64,000 nucleotides of DNA. It comes from Candidatus Nealsonbacteria bacterium. Lineage in GTDB: Bacteria; Patescibacteriota; Minisyncoccia; Minisyncoccales; MHMH01. The notes below the pieces were generated by a model, which was not told where the DNA came from, did no database searches, and was given only the letters and a program-made list of their open reading frames with translations. Both the position numbers and the translations under genes were made by a program. Of this stretch, positions 53,995-61,363 are shown piece by piece. Where the stretch lies: assembly GCA_016188865.1 (NCBI GenBank), contig JACPGX010000001.1, positions 205,197 through 269,196 on the forward strand, written 5' to 3'. How positions within the stretch are numbered: position 1 is the first letter of the stretch; each line of letters begins with the position of its first letter.

Positions 53995-55914
53995 TTATAA
54001 AGATTTCTCTATCAATTCCAGCAAGTCAATCACTGAAATCTCTTCGCCCTGTAGCATTTGCAGACACCAGGGACAGCTGACCGCCGCTATATTGGCTTCC
54101 GTTTCCTTAGCATCTTTAAGGCGCAGTTGGTTAACTCTTTTTTGAGGATCTTCCTCTTGCCACATTCTGCCGCCGCCTCCGCCGCAGCATAAACTTTGTT
54201 TTTTGGAACGCTTCATTTCAACTATTTTTTCAGCGCAAACGGCTTTTAGAATTTCTCGGGGAGCTTCAAAAATACCATTATAACGGCCAAGATAGCAAGA
54301 ATCATGATAGGTTATTTTACCAGATATTTTCTTGCTTACTTTAAGTTTTCCTTCTTTGATGAGCTTGGCTATGAATTCGGTGTAATGATAAACTGCGAAA
54401 TCAGCGCCAAAATCAGGATATTCATTTTTTAAAGTATTAAAGCAGTGAGGGCAAGCGGTAATAATTTCTTTCACGCCGTAACGATTCAAAATTTCAATAT
54501 TCTTTTTGGCCAATTCCTGAAATAAATATTCGTTGCCCATTCTTCTTGCCGGGTCCCCGCAGCAAAGCTCTTCAGAGCCAAGTATGCCGAAGTTAACCCC
54601 GGCTTTTTCCAATATTTTAACCAGAGAAACAGCTGCTTTGGTATTCTGCTCATTCAAAGCCGCGGTGCAGCCGACCCAGTAAAGAACATCTATTGCTCTA
54701 TCTGAAGAAAGCGTTTTGACCTTTAAATCCTTTGCCCAATCAGTTCTTGAAAGATTGGTTCCCCTCCAAGGATGTCCCCGGGCCTCAATGCTTTCCAAGG
54801 CTCGCATAGCTGAATCGGGCAACTGGGATTTTTCAAGCACTAAATTGCGCCGCATTTCCACAATTTTATCAATATGGGTATTTAAAACAGGACACTGCTC
54901 TTGGCAGGCGCGGCAGGTAGTGCAAGACCAGAGATCATCTTCCTTAATTGCTCCGCCAATTAAATTATCGTTATTTTGATTCAGCAGAGGCTTTTTTAGA
55001 TTTTGAATCATTTCTTTTGGGTTAAGCGATTTTCCGCTCAAATAGGCCGGACAAGCTTCCTGACAGCGGCCGCAGACAACGCAGGCGTAAAGATCGAGCA
55101 GCTGCTTTTGGCTGAAATCTTCAATCTTTGCCGCGCCGAAAGTTTCCGTATTTTCCAAATCAAGAGTTTCCAGGGCCCCTTTGGGCCGTGAACTTTTCAG
55201 AAAAATATTGAGAGGGCCGGCTAAAATGTGAAGATATCTGGAATAAGCTATGAAAACCAAAACGAACAAAACCGTCAGCCAATGCGCCCAGAAAAAAGTC
55301 ATGTTGGCTATTGCCAGCGCGGACAAGCTGAAATCCTTAAAAAAATAACTTAGGGCTGAACTAAGCGGCGGTAAAAGAGTGCTTTCGCTGGTAGCTTCTT
55401 TCAGTAAATGCGTTACGGGATGCAGAAAAACTGTGACTAAGATAATCAATGCCTCAAAAGTCTGCTCTCCTTTAAGCCGAGGCGGTCGCACAACATATCT
55501 TCGCAGAATTCCCCAAAGGGCTGCCAGCATGATAAAAGGAGCTGCCATGTCCATCACCCAAGAGTAGTAAAAGAAAAGCTTGGTGTTTTCCATTGCTCCT
55601 GACAAACCGAAGCCTGCTCCGATGATGATATATAGAAAATAATATCCGACAAAAATCAGAAATCCCCATGCCATAAAAATATGGCCGAGGCCGGCTCTGT
55701 CTTTCAGAGATATGGACTTTAACTGGCGCCATTGCCCGACAAGATAAGCTAAAACAAGCAATATCCTTTTGAGCGCGCTATTCTTTAAGTTATGATTTTC
55801 TTTCTTACCCCGGCTCAAAAAACCGTAGAGCCGGTATATTCTGAAAAAGAAAAGGCCGAAAGCTATCAGGGTCAAACCCCAGAAAAAAATATAGAACATC
55901 GAATCCCTCCGCAT
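53995..55914 (-). CDS. Membrane FeS oxidoreductase (HdrD/GlpC-like: TM domain + 2x[4Fe-4S] + two CCG domains)
   Basis: About 5 N-terminal TM segments, CVVCGRCQEACP, CTTCRACQEQCP, and CCG motifs. Confidence 0.8.
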   Translation of the reverse strand: MRRDSMFYIFFWGLTLIAFGLFFFRIYRLYGFLSRGKKENHNLKNSALKRILLVLAYLVGQWRQLKSISLKDRAGLGHIFMAWGFLIFVGYYFLYIIIGAGFGLSGAMENTKLFFYYSWVMDMAAPFIMLAALWGILRRYVVRPPRLKGEQTFEALIILVTVFLHPVTHLLKEATSESTLLPPLSSALSYFFKDFSLSALAIANMTFFWAHWLTVLFVLVFIAYSRYLHILAGPLNIFLKSSRPKGALETLDLENTETFGAAKIEDFSQKQLLDLYACVVCGRCQEACPAYLSGKSLNPKEMIQNLKKPLLNQNNDNLIGGAIKEDDLWSCTTCRACQEQCPVLNTHIDKIVEMRRNLVLEKSQLPDSAMRALESIEARGHPWRGTNLSRTDWAKDLKVKTLSSDRAIDVLYWVGCTAALNEQNTKAAVSLVKILEKAGVNFGILGSEELCCGDPARRMGNEYLFQELAKKNIEILNRYGVKEIITACPHCFNTLKNEYPDFGADFAVYHYTEFIAKLIKEGKLKVSKKISGKITYHDSCYLGRYNGIFEAPREILKAVCAEKIVEMKRSKKQSLCCGGGGGRMWQEEDPQKRVNQLRLKDAKETEANIAAVSCPWCLQMLQGEEISVIDLLELIEKSL

Positions 55915-55966
55915 GTATTTTCAAAGTACCGCATCTAATGACTTCTAACACGAAGAAAAAACTCGG

Positions 55967-55996
55967 TCAACAAAAAAGGACGCTAGGCGTCCTTTG
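55967..55996 (-). terminator. Terminator/-35 cassette, copy 1 (caacaaaaaaggacgctaggcgtcctttg)
   Basis: On the minus strand this reads AAAGGACGC-CUA-GCGUCCUUUUUU, followed directly by GTTGAC. Confidence 0.75.
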
Positions 55997-56004
55997 GTTA
56001 TTGT

Positions 56005-56163
56005 TCATCTTTTAACCGGAACGGGCACTTTTTCGGGCATTGGCGTTTTTTCCGGTACGGGGCTCGAAGGCTCCGGTTTGGTTCTGGGAACTCTTCTGGG
56101 AATTCTTACCGGTTCTTCTGTAGGAATAGTTTCCCTACGGTTATTTTCTGCGGAATCAAGCAT
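56005..56163 (-). CDS. Pro-rich 52-aa ORF (not in the supplied ORF track)
   Basis: AGGAGG lies 6 nt upstream of ATG 56161-63. The ATG overlaps the upstream stop (AATGCTTGA). Terminator lies 10 nt downstream. Confidence 0.4.
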   Translation of the reverse strand: MLDSAENNRRETIPTEEPVRIPRRVPRTKPEPSSPVPEKTPMPEKVPVPVKR

Positions 56164-57517
56164 TTTCTTCCTCCTTTTTTTGCTGATAACGCTTTTGGTA
56201 TTCTACGCTTTGGTCTGGAAAATTTTTGTAATCTATGAAAGGCTCTCTTTCTTGGTCTGGAGGCAAAAATTCAGAACAAATCTTTTTGCCTTCCAAAACT
56301 AAACGGATATCAGTGGCCTTATCAACAACCAATCTTTGCACTTCGCGAATAAACTTATTGCCCAGAGGAACATTACCTTCATCGGCTTCCCTTTGAAGAA
56401 TAACTGCCTCAATTTTCCTAAGGTAGGGCAAAAGCCGAGACCAGGAATTGTCTATTGCATATAAATCATTTAACCATTCTTTGTCAGGGTAAAGGCATTC
56501 TTCTAAAAGATACTTAAGGGATTCTTTTCTGGCCAAATTGTATTTTTCCTGTCCGGGAATCTCATAAATAGCTTCGGGATTAAGCAGGGAGTTAAACTTT
56601 CTTAAAATTTGTACCAATTCCGCTTCAAAATTTTCGTACAGCGAAATGATAGTTGAATGAACTGGCGTCACGTTAAGCGAGCTTCTTTCTGGCTGGGGAT
56701 ATTTCCAGTAAGCAGTGGTTAAAAGCAAGCCCAAATTAAGATATTGCAAAAAATAAATCAATTGAGCCAAGTTTCCCTGGCTTATTTCCGGAGATACATG
56801 GAAAAGATAATCAATCCGATGCCGAGCTATATTAATTTCATTCAATGCTTTAACTTCTGCGCCCCTGATGACTAAGCCGTAAGAAGCTCCATGGTCTCTT
56901 TTGGGCACATCTTTAAATGTTGTAAAATGATCGAGGTTAACAGAAATAATAAACAAAGCTAAGGCAATAAACTTGGCGCGATGCTGATATTTATTAAAAC
57001 CAGTATCAAAACCAACTGATATTTGTATTTCGCCTGCCTTAATGAGCCTTGCTTTTATTTGGCTGGCCAATGCTTGGGAATCGACTGTCGGCTGAAAACA
57101 GTGCTTTTCTCTTCCTTGGCCGGGATAAATTTTAGCCCCTAAAGTCACAAAAGATAAAAGCTGCCGGCTATTATTTAGAGAAGAAAATATGATTGAACCT
57201 GGCCAGTAAGGCGAATTAGCTAAAGCTTGGGCTGCTGCCTCACGGACACCAGGGTCTGGATCATATTTTGAGGCCTTCTTTAATGACGGGATTGCTTCCA
57301 GAGAGCCGATTACTCCCAAGGCCTCGGCTGCTTTCTCGCGGACAAAATAATACTGATCTGTTTCCAAAACTTCGATTAAAGCTTTGGTTGCTTCCGAAGA
57401 GCCGATTACTCCCAAGGCCTTAGCTGCTTCGTAACGGCTAAAATTATCTCCCTTGTTTAATTGATGCAAAAGACTTTTAATACTGGCCTTACTCGCCTTT
57501 TCTTTCTTATTTTCCAT
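56156..57517 (-). CDS. HEAT-repeat (PBS-lyase type) protein with ~330-aa unknown C-terminal domain
   Basis: Repeated AAxALGVIGSxEA units. Start trimmed to MENKKEK, because the longer ORF runs through its own promoter. Confidence 0.65.
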   Translation of the reverse strand: MENKKEKASKASIKSLLHQLNKGDNFSRYEAAKALGVIGSSEATKALIEVLETDQYYFVREKAAEALGVIGSLEAIPSLKKASKYDPDPGVREAAAQALANSPYWPGSIIFSSLNNSRQLLSFVTLGAKIYPGQGREKHCFQPTVDSQALASQIKARLIKAGEIQISVGFDTGFNKYQHRAKFIALALFIISVNLDHFTTFKDVPKRDHGASYGLVIRGAEVKALNEINIARHRIDYLFHVSPEISQGNLAQLIYFLQYLNLGLLLTTAYWKYPQPERSSLNVTPVHSTIISLYENFEAELVQILRKFNSLLNPEAIYEIPGQEKYNLARKESLKYLLEECLYPDKEWLNDLYAIDNSWSRLLPYLRKIEAVILQREADEGNVPLGNKFIREVQRLVVDKATDIRLVLEGKKICSEFLPPDQEREPFIDYKNFPDQSVEYQKRYQQKKEEENA

Positions 57518-57557
57518 CGCCGTCATTCCTCCACAAATTTCAATGTACTCTAATAAC

Positions 57558-57586
57558 TTAATAGCACTAAGGGAAAACCCGGTCAA
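57558..57586 (-). promoter_or_regulatory. Promoter TTGACC-17-TATTAA
   Basis: The -35 box directly follows the REP-3-like hairpin. Confidence 0.6.
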
Positions 57587-57590
57587 CAAA

Positions 57591-57621
57591 AAAACTGACG
57601 AGAACCATTCTCGGCAGTTTT
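57591..57621. repeat. REP-3 hairpin, solo degenerate copy (two mismatches) acting as a terminator
   Basis: aaaactgacgagaac-c-attctcggcagtttt. Confidence 0.8.
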
Positions 57622-57670
57622 AATTATTTATAAAGGCACTCTAAAATTCATTTAAGGAGGGTTGCTACTG

Positions 57671-57958
57671 CTACCACCCAGAGTTGCTGCTGCTACTACC
57701 CCAAAAATAAACGTCACTAAGTTTTATTATTACGAAGGATATAAGACTGCTAAAAAAAGAAATGCCTCCGACGAATATTATGATATTACTTATGTTATGG
57801 AGAAGTTCGCTCTGGAACATGAACCTTAATACTGCGCCCACACCAATCAGGAATACATTTGAAAATATCAAGATATAAAATATCTTATCTATCTTCTTGT
57901 TCATCCTCTTATAGTTCTCGTAAATTTGCCGTGATTCTTCATCAATTTCATGGGCCAT
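57671..57958 (-). CDS. Small 2-TM membrane protein (95 aa)
   Basis: AAGGAGGTG RBS. Promoter TTGACA-17-TAAGAT at 58004-58032. Confidence 0.6.
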   Translation of the reverse strand: MAHEIDEESRQIYENYKRMNKKIDKIFYILIFSNVFLIGVGAVLRFMFQSELLHNISNIIIFVGGISFFSSLISFVIIKLSDVYFWGSSSSNSGW

Positions 57959-58041
57959 ATTATATTCACCTCCTTTTTAATGTGCCGCATAATTATAGAG
58001 TACATCTTAGTTCAACGCAAAAAATCTGTCAAGACATCGTA

Positions 58042-58087
58042 TTACGAGACCCGGACTCGTAAAAAATTACGAGTCCGGATCTCGTAA
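58042..58087. repeat. Inverted REP doublet (REPIN-like): ttacgag-acccgga-ctcgtaa / ttacgag-tccggat-ctcgtaa
   Basis: The two hairpins are reverse complements of each other apart from one base. Their stems equal the REP-2 stem. Confidence 0.8.
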
Positions 58088-58104
58088 AACTAGCGGAAAC
58101 CGAA

Positions 58105-58134
58105 ACAACAAAAAAGGACGCTAGGCGTCCTTTG
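58105..58134 (-). terminator. Terminator cassette, copy 2
   Basis: Hairpin identical to copy 1. The -35 part is degenerate (TTGTTG). Confidence 0.7.
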
Positions 58135-58185
58135 ATTGTTTATTCTACTGATCGAGAGTATTTGGCGGCCTTTTGTTTTTACCCT

Positions 58186-58500
58186 TCAGTCAACCAAGGC
58201 TCTTCGGCTTCGATGGCGTCCCAATAAATCGTACAATTTCTGAATTGGTTTTGAAAAAAATCGGAACCCCCTATCTCTTAATTCAATCTCTCTCCCCTCA
58301 TTCTCAACGCGCAGGCACAAATCCGGGGAGGTAGATACCCAGCCACAAATACTTTCACCATGGTAGTATCTCAACGACAAACCATAACCTTCAAATTCGG
58401 TATGCCACACATCAGACCACGCGTCACCCCCTCGAAGCCACTGAAGTTCTCCGCTCCTAGTTTTTTCAATGACCATCTTCAGTAGTCTTGAATTATTCAT
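58186..58500 (-). CDS. Hypothetical 104-aa protein
   Basis: GAGGAGGAG RBS. Promoter TTGACA-17-TATATT at 58536-58564. Confidence 0.55.
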   Translation of the reverse strand: MNNSRLLKMVIEKTRSGELQWLRGGDAWSDVWHTEFEGYGLSLRYYHGESICGWVSTSPDLCLRVENEGREIELRDRGFRFFSKPIQKLYDLLGRHRSRRALVD

Positions 58501-58577
58501 TCTCTCCTCCTCTCATTTTTTTTACACCATATGACAATATATACCCATTCATTGAATATGTCAAATCGAATGGAATC

Positions 58578-58607
58578 GTCAACAAAAAAGGACGCTAAGC
58601 GTCCTTT
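58578..58607 (-). terminator. Terminator/-35 cassette, copy 3 (loop taa); contains the etfA stop codon
   Basis: The 5' arm encodes the EtfA C-terminus ..TKDA. GTTGAC follows. Confidence 0.75.
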
Positions 58608-59605
58608 GTGAGTTCTTTTAATTTTTCAATAAATGCCGGTAAAACTTCCTGCCACCGACCGACTATTCCGAAATCAGCTTCTTTAAAGATATTGGCTTCC
58701 GGATCGCTATTAATTGCCACAATAACTTTGGCTCCGGAGCAGCCAGCCAAATGCTGACTCGACCCGGAAACTCCGACAACGATGTAAAGATCGGGGACGA
58801 CAATTTTGCCGGTAAGGCCGATCTGCAGACTAGCAGGCATCCAACCCTGATCGCAAGGAGGCCGACTGGCGCCCACTGCTCCTTTTAGCACCCTAGCTAA
58901 TTCCTCTAATTTCTTAAAACCTTCCGGCCCGCCTATGCCCCGGCCGCCGCAAACAATCACTTTAGCTGCTTCTAGTTTAACTCCGGAGTATTCTTCGATT
59001 TTCTTGCCAATGACCTTTGTTTTTAATTCAGCTTGTAGTACGGCCGGATCTATTATAATGCATTCTATCACCTGACCTGTTCTCTTTTCATCTCTTGGCA
59101 AAGGAGAAAATGCTTTCTGCCTGACTGTGGCCATTTGCGGAAAGAAATCCGAAGCAAAGACTGCCCTGGCACTGCCGCCGTAAACCGGCTTTGTCATCAA
59201 AAGATTTTTTTTAGCAGAATCAATGCTTAGCTCGAGGCAATCGGTCACTAAGCCAACTCTCAACCTGAAAGCTAATCTGGGGGCTAAGTCTCTGCCCATA
59301 GCCGTCTGGCCAAAAAGCAAAATATTTGGAAGCCCCATGCTCACCATTTGTTCCAGTGCATACAGATAAGTTTCTGCCTGATAATTATCGAGCAAAGAAT
59401 TCTGGACAAGGTAAACTCTATCTGCTCCCAAAGCAATAACTTCTTGAGAAAAATCGCTTGCTCTGCTGCCAAATAAAACACAGGAAACTTTTTCTTTAAG
59501 GCTATCGGCAAGCAATCTAGCGCATGCTAAAAGTTCTGCGGTAACTGAATTTAATTTTCCTTCGCTAACTTCTCCTAAAACCATTATTCCTTTATATTCT
59601 CTCAT
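58595..59605 (-). CDS. etfA: Electron transfer flavoprotein alpha subunit
   Basis: C-terminal FAD-binding region GVSGSSQHLAG..INSDP. Confidence 0.93.
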   Translation of the reverse strand: MREYKGIMVLGEVSEGKLNSVTAELLACARLLADSLKEKVSCVLFGSRASDFSQEVIALGADRVYLVQNSLLDNYQAETYLYALEQMVSMGLPNILLFGQTAMGRDLAPRLAFRLRVGLVTDCLELSIDSAKKNLLMTKPVYGGSARAVFASDFFPQMATVRQKAFSPLPRDEKRTGQVIECIIIDPAVLQAELKTKVIGKKIEEYSGVKLEAAKVIVCGGRGIGGPEGFKKLEELARVLKGAVGASRPPCDQGWMPASLQIGLTGKIVVPDLYIVVGVSGSSQHLAGCSGAKVIVAINSDPEANIFKEADFGIVGRWQEVLPAFIEKLKELTKDA

Positions 59606-59615
59606 AACTGCCTCC

Positions 59616-60395
59616 TCAAACCGCCTTTGCTTCGCGCAGTTTTAAAGCAAGCTTTGCGCCGGCTTCGGCCGGATTGTCAGCCTTCACCATTTGGCACTGT
59701 TTTTCCTTGATTGGCTGAAAGACTTTAAGGAGTTTAGAATGCGGAACGTCCAAGCTAATATCGGTTTTATTCCAAATAGTGGGCGTTTTCTTTTTGGCGG
59801 CCAGCACTCCCTTAACGCTGGCATACCTCGGATCTCCCAGTTCATTGGTTACGGTAATTAAAGCGGGCAAAATAGTTTCAATGGTTTCGTAACCGTCGGG
59901 AAGCAGGCGCTCTATCCTGACCTTAGTGTCAACTATTTCAATTTGTTTGGCTAAAGTTACTGCAGGAATTCCCAAAAATTCGGCAATGCCTATGCCGACT
60001 TGGCCGTTATCCCAATCAGCTGCCTGCCTGCCGCAAAGAATTAAATCGTATCTGCCGATTTTTCTAATAGCTGCTGCCAAAGCATGAGCCGCAGCCCAGC
60101 TATCAAGCCCATCAAAAGCCTCGTCTTCCAAAAGAATTAATTCGTCAGCTCCCATGGCTAAAGGTTTTTTAACCACTTCTCTGACAAAATTATTTCCTAA
60201 GCTCAAAATGGTAATTTTGCCTGATAATTTATCTTTAATGCGTAAAGCCGCTTCAACAGCGTGCATGTCAAAGGGACTGATAACCGAAGCTGTTCCGGAC
60301 GGCGTAATTATTTTTTTACCGGTTTCGTCTATCTTTAAATTCGAAGGCGGAATTTCAGGGTCAATTATCTGCTTGCAGCAAACAATTATATCCAT
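59616..60395 (-). CDS. etfB: Electron transfer flavoprotein beta subunit
   Basis: IVCCKQ..DP and LILCGRQAADWDNGQVG. Confidence 0.93.
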   Translation of the reverse strand: MDIIVCCKQIIDPEIPPSNLKIDETGKKIITPSGTASVISPFDMHAVEAALRIKDKLSGKITILSLGNNFVREVVKKPLAMGADELILLEDEAFDGLDSWAAAHALAAAIRKIGRYDLILCGRQAADWDNGQVGIGIAEFLGIPAVTLAKQIEIVDTKVRIERLLPDGYETIETILPALITVTNELGDPRYASVKGVLAAKKKTPTIWNKTDISLDVPHSKLLKVFQPIKEKQCQMVKADNPAEAGAKLALKLREAKAV

Positions 60396-61120
60396 TAAAA
60401 CTTTACCTCCTTTATGCCTTGCATCAATTCGGGAAAACCATCGCCATTGAGCGAATTGACTTTATAAAGCTTTTTGCTTTGGCCAAAGTGCGTTGTCAAA
60501 TCTTGAAAAGCCTGATCTGCTTTCGGCGAATCGGATCTGTTCAAAACAATTATATCGGCTGTTTCAATAACGCCGCCCTTAAACAGCTGAATCTCATCTC
60601 CGATGTCGGGCGAGGTTACGTAAATCAAGGCCCTCACTTGCTCCCTGAATCCTAAATTTTCCTGGCCGGAACCGACGGTTTCAACAATGATAACGTCTTT
60701 TCCCATAGCACCGAAAATCTTGATCAGGTAGGAAATTTCCGGACTCGCTCCCTTAAAATTCTGGCGCTGGGTCAAACTCCTGATAAAAACTTGTTCTTTG
60801 CCGGCGTGCTCCTGCATCCTGATTCTGTCGCCCAAAAAAGAGCCGTCAGAAATAGACACCGGGTCGCAGCATAAAATGCCGATGCTTTTTTGCTCTTTCA
60901 AAAAATAATGAATTAATTTATTTATCAAAGTGCTTTTGCCCACGCCGCCAGAACCAGTAACTCCAATCAAAAGAGTCTTATCTGGCAAAGTAAGCTTGGA
61001 AACCATTCTCTTGGCTGTTTTGTTGTCCCATTGAATTTTGCTCATTAATCTACTGGCCGCCAAAGCCTCTCCATTTTTCGTTCTTTCAAGCAAATCTTTG
61101 ACAGAGCCTCTTTTTGCCAT
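60395..61120 (-). CDS. G3E-family P-loop GTPase, MeaB/ArgK-like (short, 241 aa)
   Basis: GVTGSGGVGKST, DPVS..GSFLGDRIRM, ETVGSGQ, NRSD. TAATG overlap with etfB. Start set to MAKRGS after AAAGGAG. Confidence 0.8.
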   Translation of the reverse strand: MAKRGSVKDLLERTKNGEALAASRLMSKIQWDNKTAKRMVSKLTLPDKTLLIGVTGSGGVGKSTLINKLIHYFLKEQKSIGILCCDPVSISDGSFLGDRIRMQEHAGKEQVFIRSLTQRQNFKGASPEISYLIKIFGAMGKDVIIVETVGSGQENLGFREQVRALIYVTSPDIGDEIQLFKGGVIETADIIVLNRSDSPKADQAFQDLTTHFGQSKKLYKVNSLNGDGFPELMQGIKEVKF

Positions 61121-61330
61121 TTTGTTCTCCTTTGCGGTTATTTTCAAAGTTCTCTAAAATTTTTAACACAACTTCGAGCAAAAGAAAAGCCCCGGATTTC
61201 TCCAGAGCTTTATGAAACTAAAAAATGATTTATTGGCCTAAAATTTCCTGGCCCATCTTTGAAAATTTAGAGGAGGCCGTTATGCGCTGCCAGAAGATGG
61301 AAAGTTTTTCTTGAGCTTAACCAGTAAACA

Positions 61331-61357
61331 AAAAGCGATCTCTTGCGAGATCGCTTT
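61331..61357 (-). terminator. Terminator of the acetoacetyl-CoA synthetase gene
   Basis: aaagcgatctc/gagatcgcttt followed by a U-run. Confidence 0.75.
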
Positions 61358-61363
61358 AAATTT

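Noticed and set aside
55994-56302. Plus-strand 102-aa ORF.
   Set aside because: It is antisense to the end of the HEAT-repeat gene and the 52-codon ORF. It starts inside a terminator hairpin and has no RBS.
133-58607. Whether the many repeated hairpins form a CRISPR array.
   Set aside because: The copies are dispersed singly or in pairs over tens of kb, are themselves palindromic, have no regular spacer periodicity, and no cas genes are present.
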